The notes under the pieces are model-generated. The model was not told where the DNA came from. It made no database searches and saw only the letters and a list, made by a program, of their open reading frames with translations. From Deltaproteobacteria bacterium (GTDB lineage Bacteria > Myxococcota_A > Polyangia > DRWM01 > JAAZOP01), in contig JACRCZ010000074.1 of the NCBI GenBank assembly GCA_016218765.1, positions 5,827 through 69,826 of the forward strand: a stretch of DNA of 64,000 nt. The letters are read 5' to 3'. Made by a program: the position numbers and the translations under genes. Below, piece after piece: positions 8,483-18,313 of the stretch; within the stretch, counting starts at the first letter, position 1; each line of letters opens with the position of its first letter.

Positions 8483-9568
8483 CTACCGTATCCGCTTCTC
8501 GGCCCGGCTCCACCCCGGCGCCGCCTCGCGCAACACTTCCTCGCACGTGCGCGCGAATGGCGTGTCGGCCGGGTAGTCCTTCATCTCGGGGCCCAGCTCC
8601 GAGACGGGGAGCGGCAGCGGCGGTTGCTCGTCATCGCCGTGCCAGATCCAGAAACTGCGGCCGTTGAGCGCCTCCTCGAGGTTCCGCGCGAATCCGGTGG
8701 CGTCGTCCGCCAGCTCGGGATTCTCCGCGGCATCCGTCAGGCACAAGTACGCCAGCGCGTGGAAGAACGGCGCGCGAAGCTCGGCAGGGCCGCGACGCGG
8801 CCACCACCACCGGGACGCCGCCAGCAGCGCCAGGTTGAAATGCGCCTCGGGACGACCGGGATCGCGACGCACGAGGCGCCGATACAACCCCGCCGCGCGG
8901 TTCCCCTCGCCCTGCCCCGCCATCGCCGCCGCCCGCAACAGATCGCCCTCATACGATCCCGTCAGCGGCTCGGCCAACTCGAGCACGCCTGCCCAATCAC
9001 CCGCCGCGAGACAGATCGCGGCCAGGTTCGTGCGCGCCGTGTCGTCCGCCTCGTCGAACCCGTCGCGCAGCTCGTCGAACAGCCGCGCCCCGCCGTCCGC
9101 ATCGGCCTCGAGCCACTCCGCCGGAGCCTCGGACGCCAGGAGACGCAACGGCTTCGCCCCCTGCTCCACGCACGCCCGCGCCTCATCGCCCGAGGCGTGC
9201 GTCCGCGCCACCACGGCCGCACAATCCCGCCACGCGGCGTCTTTCCAATCACTCCACCCCGCCAAGCCCTGCCCCGTCGCCGCCCGGAAACTCTCCTCAT
9301 CGTCGCTCGAAGGCACGTCACAGATCGAATACGAGTCGCGAACCTCCTCCGCGAGCCCCACGATGCGGCGGTACGCCGCGATACGCTGCCCCGGGGGCGC
9401 TTCCTCGTCGGCCGCGTCGGCGTCCGCATCCTGAAGCTCGGCGCTCAGCCGGTCGACCGTTTCCGCCGGCAGCGTCGCCGGATTGTATCCCCCGCACGGC
9501 TGCGCCGATGCTGCACGCGGGAGGATGAACGCCACAAGCGCCAAGAAGCACGAAGCAACCCGAAGCAT
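8483..9568 (-). CDS. Secreted TPR-containing protein
   Basis: Signal peptide ending AASA-Q; TPR-like YRRLVRRDPGRPEAHFNLALL. Alternative start 9604. Confidence 0.65.
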   Translation of the reverse strand: MLRVASCFLALVAFILPRAASAQPCGGYNPATLPAETVDRLSAELQDADADAADEEAPPGQRIAAYRRIVGLAEEVRDSYSICDVPSSDDEESFRAATGQGLAGWSDWKDAAWRDCAAVVARTHASGDEARACVEQGAKPLRLLASEAPAEWLEADADGGARLFDELRDGFDEADDTARTNLAAICLAAGDWAGVLELAEPLTGSYEGDLLRAAAMAGQGEGNRAAGLYRRLVRRDPGRPEAHFNLALLAASRWWWPRRGPAELRAPFFHALAYLCLTDAAENPELADDATGFARNLEEALNGRSFWIWHGDDEQPPLPLPVSELGPEMKDYPADTPFARTCEEVLREAAPGWSRAEKRIR

Positions 9569-9627
9569 GCCGGCGTTGACGAGGCGGCGGTGTGGGGGAT
9601 TCATGGAGGTTCCATACCGTCAACCCG

Positions 9628-9730
9628 AACCGAACCGCGCCCTTCAGGGCGCGGCCGCGTCGGCCGTGCCCGTCGCGGGCTGGCCCCGAAGCGACCCGGC
9701 GGCTCTGCCGCCGAGCAGCCCGCGGTTCGG
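9628..9730. repeat. REP/MITE-like palindromic element
   Basis: Perfect 10-bp terminal inverted repeat CCGAACCGCG...CGCGGTTCGG with two internal hairpins; parts recur at 58024 and 52207. Confidence 0.8.
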
Positions 9731-9764
9731 ATCCCGATACCCACCGCTCCACCGCTCCACCGCG

Positions 9765-10826
9765 CTACCGCTCCTCCGGAAAGTACCGCGGCGGCGTGTG
9801 GATGTCCGGAACAACGGGGCGCGCTTCCTTGCCCGAGGCGAGCCAGTCGGCCAAAGCTTCGATGCCCAGCCGATGGGCGGCGGTGATCTCGTCGACGGTC
9901 ATGCCAACGTCCGGCACAGGCGGGACGTGGATGAAACCGTACGCCGCCGGAACCTCGGTCGCGCCCGCACAGTAGTCGAGCAGCCGGTACATGACGTAGT
10001 TGCACAGGAAGTCGCCCGCGTCGGCCGAGACGAGCGTCGGGAAGCCTCCCGCGGTCATCGCCGCGTCCATCTCATCGATCGGGTAGTCGGGACGCAGGCG
10101 ACTGATGCCCCCCGGCACGATCGGCTCGCCCGTCATCGTGACCCCCGCGTTGTCGGTGCCGCGCATCGAGTTCACCGCCCCGGTCTCGAACCGCATCCCC
10201 TCCGGCCCCGCCTGCCCGGTCGAAATCACGGCGTCGGGGTGCAGCCGCTCGATCTCGCCTTCCAGTTCGTCCCAGGACGTCCCCCACTCCACCGCCAGCT
10301 CGACGACCCGGACATCGAGACCCCCGATCATCATCTCGTCGAACGACTCGATCGCCTCGTACGACGAGTTGATCGCATACCCCCCGAACGGTTCGAACCC
10401 ACTCATCAACAGGACCTTGGGAACGGCGATGGACAGCAGATCGACATCGGATGCCGTAGCGTCGTGCACCGTGACCTCGAAATCGTACGTCCCCGAACGC
10501 TCGGGCAAGCCGGATATTGCGCCTTCGGCGTCGAGCGCCAGTCCAGGCGGAAGCACGCCGCTCGTGACTTCCCAGGTCACCGTCCCCGCCGCGCCCGACG
10601 CCTCGAGCTGCGCCGCGTAGGCCACCTGCACGCGTCCCCCCGGCAGCGACCCGGTCGTGATCGCGAGCGCCGGCACCTCCTCCGCGACGTCACCATCGCC
10701 TCCCGTCCCGTCCGACTCGCCAACCGCATCGGTGGCATCGGCGTCGTCATCCGACCCTTCGTCGCAAGCCGGCGCGCCCAGGACCACCAAGCCGAGCCAC
10801 AACCAACGGAAGCGGATCCTCAACAT
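9765..10826 (-). CDS. Lipoprotein with putative Ig (He_PIG-like) domain and pyroglutamyl-peptidase I (C15) domain
   Basis: Signal/lipobox LGAPA-C; ITTGSLP...LPPGLAL Ig motif; SGFEPFGG, RFETGAVN (Glu), DAGDFLCN (Cys), GFIHVP (His). Confidence 0.88.
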   Translation of the reverse strand: MLRIRFRWLWLGLVVLGAPACDEGSDDDADATDAVGESDGTGGDGDVAEEVPALAITTGSLPGGRVQVAYAAQLEASGAAGTVTWEVTSGVLPPGLALDAEGAISGLPERSGTYDFEVTVHDATASDVDLLSIAVPKVLLMSGFEPFGGYAINSSYEAIESFDEMMIGGLDVRVVELAVEWGTSWDELEGEIERLHPDAVISTGQAGPEGMRFETGAVNSMRGTDNAGVTMTGEPIVPGGISRLRPDYPIDEMDAAMTAGGFPTLVSADAGDFLCNYVMYRLLDYCAGATEVPAAYGFIHVPPVPDVGMTVDEITAAHRLGIEALADWLASGKEARPVVPDIHTPPRYFPEER

Positions 10827-10894
10827 GACGCCAAGCTACCATCGGCGGCCCGGAGCGGCAACGTGGGTCGTGAACCCCTGATCCCCCTTTCCCC

Positions 10895-10937
10895 CTTTGC
10901 GTCCTTTGCGGCCCCTTGCGTCCTTTGCGCGAAATTC
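10895..10937 (+). repeat. CTTTGCG x4 element (9/10/9 spacing), copy 1
   Basis: Units at 10895, 10904, 10914 and 10923, followed by CGAAATTC. Confidence 0.85.
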
Positions 10938-10979
10938 CGGAACCGGGTCGCCCGGGACGACGATCGCTGGCAACGCCAA

Positions 10980-13900
10980 TCACCACTCGGTGCGGAACTG
11001 GAGGTGGATGCCGCCCGACTGCGCGTCGCCGAAATTCCCTTCCAGGGAGAGGTTGCGCAGGATGAGCCACTCCACGCGGCCCTCGTTCGAGTTCTGCACC
11101 TGGTCGGCGTCGAGCTGGTACGAGTACTCGACGTAGAGGTTGGACAGGACGTTCATCCCGGCCCGCAGCCGGGCGTCGCTGAAGCCGGAGCTGCCGGGAT
11201 CCACGCGCAGCACGGTCAGCGGCGAGATGCGCGACGCCACCTCGGACTGGAAGAACGCAAGGCCGACGGCATCGACGACGTTCCCGGCGATCTGCCCCGC
11301 CTGGTCGCGCAGGGCCAGCTCTTCCGCGGAGGTCACGTCGGTGCGTCCGAGGAAGAGCAGCGCGAGGATCTCGCTCTGGTCGCGCGGCGGATCGCTGGTG
11401 AGCTGCACGGAGGGATGGCGCAACGTGCCGGTGACGTCGACGTACACGGGCCCCTCGGCCGTCTGGGCCGCGAGCCGCACGTCGATTCCGCCATCGACCG
11501 GATGATGGCCGGTGAAGTCGACGGTGCCGAATTCGAGATCGAAGCGCCGGCCGAACATGTCCGCCCACCCGCGCCGGACCTCGACGCTGCCGGCCACCGA
11601 GGACCCCTCGTCCCGCACCGGGCTGCTGCGGAAGACCAGCGTCCCGGTCGCCGTCATCTGCATGTCCTCGCGGCGCACGGACAGCTCCCCTTCGGCGTCG
11701 AGCGTCACGGTCACGTCCCACGGGGCCAGGCTCTCCGCGCTTTCCGCCGGGCGGGGCGTCTCGCGGCCGGCCACGACGAAATCGGGATGGTCGCCCATTC
11801 CCATCACGGCCCGGCTCCGCTGCCGCGGCAGCACCAGCGTGCACCGTCCGACCTCGACGCCGGCATCGACCCGGCGGGCGCCGGTCGAGGGATCGATCTC
11901 CGTCACGACCGTCCCCGTGACGCCGGCCGCGCAGCTCAGCCGGCCGAGGGTCGTCCCCTCCCCGGACAACGGAAAGTCGCTCGTGTCCACCTCGAGATCG
12001 AGTCCGAATCCTCCGGGCACCGCCGTGTCGATGGTGCCGGAGAGGCTGGCCCGCCCCCCGCCGCTCTCGGCCGCGACGCGTTCCAGGGTGATCCGGTCCC
12101 GTTCGGCCGCGCCCGTCAGCTCGACGCCGGAGAACCGCTGGGCCGTGGCCAGGAGCACGAACCCGCCTTCGACGACGTGGAACGTGCCCGTGACTTCCGG
12201 GGACCCCAGCGGGCCGCGGACCGCCAGGTCCAGGTCCGCCAGGCCGGACAGGCGCGAGATCGCCGGCGGCGCTGGCACGCCGCCGAGGTCCAGCCGCCGG
12301 GCGAAGATCGTCGCGTCGATGACCGCCGCGGTCGCGTCGAGCCGTCCGAAGGACGCCAGATCGGGGAACGCGTCGCCCTCCGCTTCCGGCGGAATCGGCT
12401 CCCGCGCCCCGGCACCCGTGACCAGCGCCTCGTCCGGGACCTCCTGCGCCGTGCCGCGCCGCGGCTCCGCAGCCGGCTCGCGCGAGCCCGGGCGCCGCTT
12501 CCCGTCGCGGTTGTCGGGCAGGAGCAGGTCCCCGCGGAGCTGCAGCGCCACGCCCTCGTCGTTGCGTACCGTCGCCCGCAGCACCGCTCGCCGCCCCTCC
12601 CCGTCGAGCGCCAGGGCGACGGCGCGCGCCGGGACGTCGCCCAGGTACGGGCTGTCCCCGGACACGGACAGCGACCAGACCGAAACGCCGCCGGGGGGCG
12701 GCGGCGACCAGCGGGTCCGCAGGCCCACGCGCTCCGCCGGCGCGTGCACGAACCGGCCGGGGAACGCCGCCACGAGCAGCTCGCCCCCGACGGTGCCGGC
12801 CAGCCGCACGTCGGGCCTCGCGGCGGCGTCGCGGTCGCGCAGCAGGGCCAGAGGATCCGACGCCCACTCCACGACCGCCTCGGCCGTGCCGCCCGTCGGG
12901 TCGCCCAGGCGCACCGCCACCCGCACGCCCGCGGCGTCGGCGTCCGCGGTGGCGCGCCCGTCGAGAAGCGGCAGCTCCGGGCGCCCGGTCCAGGCCAGCC
13001 CGGTGGCCGCCACTTCGGCGCGACCCCGCGGGCTTCCCGGGCTGCCGGTGAGCACCGCGGACCCCGTCAGCGCCCCGCTGGGAACCTCGGGCCCCGCCGG
13101 ACCGAGCTGCGACGGGTCCACCTCGACGAACGCGACGTGCTGCAGCCAGTCGCCGTCGCGCAGCCCCTGCCACGCGCGCGCCGGCTCCGCGGTCGGATCG
13201 CGGAGCAGGGCGATCCGGCCGTCGCCCTCGGCCACGCCGTCCCCGGGCAGGTCGAGCCGGAAGCGGTCGCCGCAATCGCGGCCGCGGCAGTCGAGGCCGA
13301 TCCACCCGTCGATCGGCGGCAAGTCGCCCATGGCGAAACCCACGACGCCCACCTGCACCTCGATCGCGTGCTCGTCGGCGACGAACAGGACGCTGCCCTC
13401 CGACAGCGTTCCTGCCACCTCCGGCATGTCCGGACGCGCCGTGCGCAGCAGGGAGAGCGGGACCTCCACCGCCCGTACGAAGACCGTCAGGCCGGAGCCG
13501 GGAAGCTGCGTCAGATCGGCGACCACCGCCCCGCCGGAGGCGAGCGTGGCCTCGGCCGAAACGCGAAGGTCGCTCCCTTCCAGCCGGCCGTCCGCCGTCA
13601 CCCGCGTCTCCCGCACGCCGCCCATCGCCAGCCCGTCCACGCTCGCCCCGAACTCGACCACCGGCCGCCGCATCGTGCCGCTCGCGGCCACGTGCCCGGA
13701 GATCCGCCCCGCCTCGACGCCATCGCGCAGGGACGGCGGGGCCAACCCGAAGTCGAAGAGGACCCCGAGCGGCAGGCCGGTCAGCTCCGCCGCGAGCTGC
13801 AGCCGGCGCCAGCCGCGAATCGAGCCCGCGGCGTGGCCCGAGGCGCCGGAGCCTTCCAGCACGAACGAGGGGATCTCGAGGCCGGAAGAACCGGCGCGCA

Positions 13901-16160
13901 CGCTGCCGTGGAAACGCAGGGCGGAGTCCCGGGAGCGCAGCAGGCCGCCCTCGAGCGAGGCCTCGACGATGCCGGTACCGGCCGAGCGGCGGAGCCGGAT
14001 CGACGACGAGGCCGTGCTCCGCCCGCTCGCCAGACGCACCGTCCCGCCTCCCGCCGCCGTGTCCCCCACCAGCTCGACCGCGACGGTGCCGATCCGCGTG
14101 CGGCCGCTGCGCAGTCCGGCGACCTGCGCGCTCAGCCGCGAGTCGTCGCCCGCGGCCGGCTCCAGCTCCGCGCGGACCGCGCCGGTACGCACCGTGCCGT
14201 GGCGCGCCCCGGCCGCCTCGGCCGAGGCGCGGACGAGTCGCCATTCGCCGCCCGACGCCGTCGCCTCCGCACTTGCCACGAACGGGCCGGAGACGGAGTC
14301 CGAGCGGCCGAGCACCAGCGAGCCTTCGCTGCGGATCGAGGCGGCGGCCTGGATATCGCCGCTACCGTCGCGTTCGAACGACAGGCCGGCGACAACGGGC
14401 GCCGTCGTCCCCGCCCCGCGCGCACGATCCTCGGCCGCCGCCACGCGGGCCCCCTCGAGTCGCAGCACGAGCCGCCCGTCCGGACCGACCTCGAGGTGGA
14501 CCGGCACGCCGCGCGGCTCGCCGAACGCCGCACCCTCGCGCTCGACCGGCCCGGAGACGACCGCGTCACCGGCATGCAAGGCGGCGCCGGCCTCGCCCAG
14601 CAGCCAGCCGTCCGCCGTCCAGGCGCCTGCTCCGGCGGGGAGCGCGTCGAGGTGCGTGCTCCACGGCCCGAGGAGCGCGGCGGCCGCGCCGTCGGCGCGA
14701 AGCTCGCCGCGGGAGGACACGGTGACCGAGCCGCCCTGAACGTCGGCACCGTTGCCTGCCGCCTCGGCGCGGATGTCGATCGGCCCGACGGCGGCGAGCC
14801 AGGGCGTCTCGAGTCGCGCGTCCTGCGCGAGACGCACCTCGCCCTGGCCGCGCCAGTCCTCCGGCGCGGCCTGCCCCAGCTCGACCGCGGCGGCGACGGC
14901 GATCGTGCCGTCGAGCGCCAGGAGGCTCACGGACCCGCCGCCGCGGTCGCCGCGGGCGGTTCCGCTCCAGGGGCCGGCGGGGACGTCGGCACCCGCGATC
15001 TCGACGCCCGTGAGATCGGCCTCGACCGAGGGCCCCGACAGGTCGGCGCGCAGCGCCGCGTCGAGCGACACGGCGAGGTCGGGGGGTGCATCGGCGGCGC
15101 CCAGCCGCACGGGTCGGGCGTCGTCCAGGTGGACCTGCGCCGTGAGGTCGCGCCGCCCGGCGGCGGATTCCAGGCGGCCGTCGACCCGGGCGGCGCCGGC
15201 GTCGGTGCGGGTCGAGACGTGGACGGCGAGCGCGTCGGCGGGGCCGTCGGCGGTGACGTCGAGGTCCCGGGCGCGGCCAGGCCGGACTCCCGGCATGCCG
15301 GCGGGAAGGTAGCGCCCGAGGTCGATCCCCCGCTCGTCGCCGCGCAGCGCCACGTGCAGCCCGGCGTCGTCCACCGCGAAGTGCAGGTCGAGGGCGTCGC
15401 CCTCCTGCTCCAGGCGCGCCCGAGCGTCCACCGGACGACCGCCGTGCGACTCGGCGCGGCCGTCGAACGCGACGCGGTCGGAGCGCGCGGCGTTTCCCGC
15501 TCGTCGCAGCTCGACCTCGCCGTGCGCGTCGGCCTGGATGCGGTGGGACCCGCGGCCGGCGACGAGGGCGACGTCGAGCTCCGGGATGCGGACCGTCAGG
15601 GCGGTGGGGGGGAGGTCGACGCCGACGCGCACGCCGGCCATCCGGATGTCGGGCAGCTCGAACTGCCACGTCCCGGGCGGGCGCTTCTCGCGCCCGCCCG
15701 CGGGCACAGGCTCCTGGAAGGCCCGCACGATGCCCAGCCACTTCTTCCGCTGCCGCACCGTGACCTCGACGCCGCCGAGCCGCACCTCGCTGAAGCGGGC
15801 GACGGAGTCGAGGAGTCGCCAGAGGTCGATGCGCGCGGACGCCTCGGCCACGCGGACGACCTCGTAGCCCGCCGGGTCGCGAACCACGACGTTGCGCACG
15901 CGGACATCCCCGAGCAGCGTTCCGCCGGCGTACTCCAGCTCGATCGAGCCGGGGATCCCCTCGTCGATCGACTGCACGACGCGGCGCACCGCCCACTCGC
16001 TCCCGGTCTCGGTGTACAGGACGAAGGCGAGGGCCGCGGCGGCGAGCAGGACGAGGCCGAGCACGACGAGCGCGCCGCGGAGGACCCAGCGCAGCACACG
16101 CCGCCGCAGCATGCGGTGGGCCGGCGCCGGGAGCGCCGAACGTCGGGCCCTCCGCCGCAT
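10980..16160 (-). CDS. tamB: Translocation and assembly module TamB-like protein
   Basis: N-terminal TM followed by LYTETGSEW; long beta-rich body; C-terminal DUF490-like region (VTGTLRHPSVQLTSDPPRDQSEILALLFLG...FRTEW); TGATG coupling to the upstream tamA-like gene. Confidence 0.85.
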   Translation of the reverse strand: MRRRARRSALPAPAHRMLRRRVLRWVLRGALVVLGLVLLAAAALAFVLYTETGSEWAVRRVVQSIDEGIPGSIELEYAGGTLLGDVRVRNVVVRDPAGYEVVRVAEASARIDLWRLLDSVARFSEVRLGGVEVTVRQRKKWLGIVRAFQEPVPAGGREKRPPGTWQFELPDIRMAGVRVGVDLPPTALTVRIPELDVALVAGRGSHRIQADAHGEVELRRAGNAARSDRVAFDGRAESHGGRPVDARARLEQEGDALDLHFAVDDAGLHVALRGDERGIDLGRYLPAGMPGVRPGRARDLDVTADGPADALAVHVSTRTDAGAARVDGRLESAAGRRDLTAQVHLDDARPVRLGAADAPPDLAVSLDAALRADLSGPSVEADLTGVEIAGADVPAGPWSGTARGDRGGGSVSLLALDGTIAVAAAVELGQAAPEDWRGQGEVRLAQDARLETPWLAAVGPIDIRAEAAGNGADVQGGSVTVSSRGELRADGAAAALLGPWSTHLDALPAGAGAWTADGWLLGEAGAALHAGDAVVSGPVEREGAAFGEPRGVPVHLEVGPDGRLVLRLEGARVAAAEDRARGAGTTAPVVAGLSFERDGSGDIQAAASIRSEGSLVLGRSDSVSGPFVASAEATASGGEWRLVRASAEAAGARHGTVRTGAVRAELEPAAGDDSRLSAQVAGLRSGRTRIGTVAVELVGDTAAGGGTVRLASGRSTASSSIRLRRSAGTGIVEASLEGGLLRSRDSALRFHGSVRAGSSGLEIPSFVLEGSGASGHAAGSIRGWRRLQLAAELTGLPLGVLFDFGLAPPSLRDGVEAGRISGHVAASGTMRRPVVEFGASVDGLAMGGVRETRVTADGRLEGSDLRVSAEATLASGGAVVADLTQLPGSGLTVFVRAVEVPLSLLRTARPDMPEVAGTLSEGSVLFVADEHAIEVQVGVVGFAMGDLPPIDGWIGLDCRGRDCGDRFRLDLPGDGVAEGDGRIALLRDPTAEPARAWQGLRDGDWLQHVAFVEVDPSQLGPAGPEVPSGALTGSAVLTGSPGSPRGRAEVAATGLAWTGRPELPLLDGRATADADAAGVRVAVRLGDPTGGTAEAVVEWASDPLALLRDRDAAARPDVRLAGTVGGELLVAAFPGRFVHAPAERVGLRTRWSPPPPGGVSVWSLSVSGDSPYLGDVPARAVALALDGEGRRAVLRATVRNDEGVALQLRGDLLLPDNRDGKRRPGSREPAAEPRRGTAQEVPDEALVTGAGAREPIPPEAEGDAFPDLASFGRLDATAAVIDATIFARRLDLGGVPAPPAISRLSGLADLDLAVRGPLGSPEVTGTFHVVEGGFVLLATAQRFSGVELTGAAERDRITLERVAAESGGGRASLSGTIDTAVPGGFGLDLEVDTSDFPLSGEGTTLGRLSCAAGVTGTVVTEIDPSTGARRVDAGVEVGRCTLVLPRQRSRAVMGMGDHPDFVVAGRETPRPAESAESLAPWDVTVTLDAEGELSVRREDMQMTATGTLVFRSSPVRDEGSSVAGSVEVRRGWADMFGRRFDLEFGTVDFTGHHPVDGGIDVRLAAQTAEGPVYVDVTGTLRHPSVQLTSDPPRDQSEILALLFLGRTDVTSAEELALRDQAGQIAGNVVDAVGLAFFQSEVASRISPLTVLRVDPGSSGFSDARLRAGMNVLSNLYVEYSYQLDADQVQNSNEGRVEWLILRNLSLEGNFGDAQSGGIHLQFRTEW

Positions 16161-18208
16161 CAGTAGGCCTCCCCAAGGGTGAGCTGGAACGCGACGGGCG
16201 GGAGGTCGGCGAGCCGCACGTCGGTCTGCAGCGGCACGCCGACGTCGAAACGCACGGGGCCGACGGGCGTGAGGTAGCGCAGGCCGGCGCCGACCGTCGG
16301 GTGGAACAGCCGGGTGGTCGAGGCGGGATAGACGCTGGAGAAGAAGCCGTCGACGACGTTGCCGGCGTCGAAGAACACCGCGGCCGAGAGGTCGCCCCAA
16401 ACCCGGACGCGCAGCTCCGCGGACATCTCCCACTGCGTGTTGCCGCCGAGCGGCGGCTGGACGCACGCCGGATCGGGCGGATCCTCGGGGCACCCGCGCC
16501 ACGCGCCGACGGCGTTGTAGGGCAGGCCGCGCACGCTGTTCGCGCCGCCGGAGAAGAAACGCTCGTCAGGCGGGGCGAGCGCGGCGCCGCCGAACGGCAC
16601 GATGATCCCGGCAGCCACGCGCAGCACCAGCGTCACCCGCTCGTGCAGGCCGTAGTACCCGCGCAGGTCGCCCTGGAGCAGGAAGTAGCGGTAGAAGTCG
16701 CGCGCGTCGTCGCCGTCCTGGTACTCGCCGCCCGTGGGGTCGATGCCGAGGCGCAGGAGCGCGGAGACGTAGTGGCCGTCGTGCGGAGCGAGCGGATCGT
16801 CGCGCAGGTCGAGGGTGGTGGTGAAGTCCAGCAGGTACAGCAGGTACGGCACGTCGGCGACGCTGGCCCCCGCCTGGACGTTCCAAAGGTCGACCCAGCG
16901 CAGCCCGTTGAACAAACCCATCGAAAGCGTGCGGTCGCGGAACGTCCGCTCCGCGCCCACCCGCGCCTGGATCGCCTGCGTCGAGTAGTCGCTCGCCGTC
17001 GGCTCGGCCTCGTACTTGAGCGACGCGAGGACCGCGAGCCGGAGGTCGGACTCGTCCGGCTGCCGGAAGTTGAGGACCGTGGAGCCGAACGGTCCGAGGT
17101 CCACGCGGCCGCCCGCGGTATCGATCGCGCCCAGGTCGAAGGCCCAGCCGAAACGGTTCTTCCACTGCAGCCGGCGCAGCCCGCCGAACAGGTTGCGGTG
17201 CTCGTAGGTGCCCGTCACCTCCGCCTGCTGCCGCCCCTGCTCCGTGGCGAAGCCGACGCCGACCTTGAGGCGCTGCATGTCGCCCTCGGCCAGCTCCACT
17301 CCGATGTCGACCGCCGGCAGCGCCGCCGACTCCCCCGGAACCCCGCCGGCCCCGCTCCCGGCGCCGGCCGACGGCGGCTCCGCGGACTCGAGCGGGACCT
17401 CGGTGACCTCGATCGAGGAGAAGATGCCGGCGTTGACCAGCGCGGCACGGGCGTCGTCCAGCCGCGCGGCCGAGAACGTCTCGCCGGGCTCGATGCCGAT
17501 CTCGCCGCGGATCGGAGGCTCCGGAACGCTCTCCAGCCCCGAGATGCGCACCTCGCCGAAGTCGGCGAGCGGTCCGGCGTCGATGACCAGCTCGGCCGCG
17601 GCCGTGTCGGCATCGTCGTCGATGCGCACCGTGCCCGCCACGGTCGGACTGGGGAACCCGTTGTTGCGCAACGCGCGGCGGACTCCCTCCTTCGTCGCGT
17701 CCCAGTCGTCCTCGGCGATCACCTCGCCCTCGGCCACCCGGATCGCGTCCTGCGCCTCGCGACGAGCGACCGGCGGGAGCCGGTCCAGCCCCGTGACGGT
17801 CAGCGTCTCCAGCACCGCCGGCGCCCCTTCCGTCACGTGGAAGGTAAGCACGACACCGCTTCCGTCCGGCGTCCAGCGGAGCCCGACGGCATCGAGCCGC
17901 GCGTGGTAGTACCCGAACGCGCGGTAGATCCGCGCGACCCGGGGCGCGTCGCGCTCGAAAAGAACCTCGTCGAGATACCGCTCGTCCGACCAAGCGTACC
18001 CGTCCTCCGCCACCAGCGCCAGACGGTCGAGGATCTCCCGGTCCGAAACGCCCTCGTTCCCCTCGACCTCCATCCCTCGCAGCCGCAGGCGCCCGTCGAC
18101 GGTGGCGCAGGAAACCGCGGCGAGCGAAACGCAGGTAGCGGCCAGCAGGGCCCGGGCGCGAACGCGCGATCCGGACGGATCCGAGCGATGGCGCCGCGCG
18201 GCGGACAA
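16160..18208 (-). CDS. tamA: Omp85-family (TamA/BamA-like) outer membrane protein with POTRA domains
   Basis: POTRA motifs (GNEGVSD, YRAFGYY, NNGF), RFFSGGANSVRG, GAGLRYLTPVGPVRFDVG. TTG start inferred from a GGAGG RBS. Confidence 0.88.
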   Translation of the reverse strand: MSAARRHRSDPSGSRVRARALLAATCVSLAAVSCATVDGRLRLRGMEVEGNEGVSDREILDRLALVAEDGYAWSDERYLDEVLFERDAPRVARIYRAFGYYHARLDAVGLRWTPDGSGVVLTFHVTEGAPAVLETLTVTGLDRLPPVARREAQDAIRVAEGEVIAEDDWDATKEGVRRALRNNGFPSPTVAGTVRIDDDADTAAAELVIDAGPLADFGEVRISGLESVPEPPIRGEIGIEPGETFSAARLDDARAALVNAGIFSSIEVTEVPLESAEPPSAGAGSGAGGVPGESAALPAVDIGVELAEGDMQRLKVGVGFATEQGRQQAEVTGTYEHRNLFGGLRRLQWKNRFGWAFDLGAIDTAGGRVDLGPFGSTVLNFRQPDESDLRLAVLASLKYEAEPTASDYSTQAIQARVGAERTFRDRTLSMGLFNGLRWVDLWNVQAGASVADVPYLLYLLDFTTTLDLRDDPLAPHDGHYVSALLRLGIDPTGGEYQDGDDARDFYRYFLLQGDLRGYYGLHERVTLVLRVAAGIIVPFGGAALAPPDERFFSGGANSVRGLPYNAVGAWRGCPEDPPDPACVQPPLGGNTQWEMSAELRVRVWGDLSAAVFFDAGNVVDGFFSSVYPASTTRLFHPTVGAGLRYLTPVGPVRFDVGVPLQTDVRLADLPPVAFQLTLGEAY

Positions 18209-18313
18209 GCGGCACCCTCCCTTCACGGAAGGTGCTCGGCGCACACTTCGGCCCACGGACCTCATCCTGATCACGAATCATGCCGGTAACGGGCGTAAGT
18301 AGAAAGAAATCGG

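Noticed and set aside
12360-12520. Low-complexity insert in TamB as another repeat insertion
   Set aside because: No convincing nucleotide match to the repeat families found in this window.
9483-16166. 2227-aa plus-strand ORF
   Set aside because: Antisense shadow of tamB and the peptidase gene; Arg/Ala/Gly-rich with no motifs, as expected in high-GC DNA.
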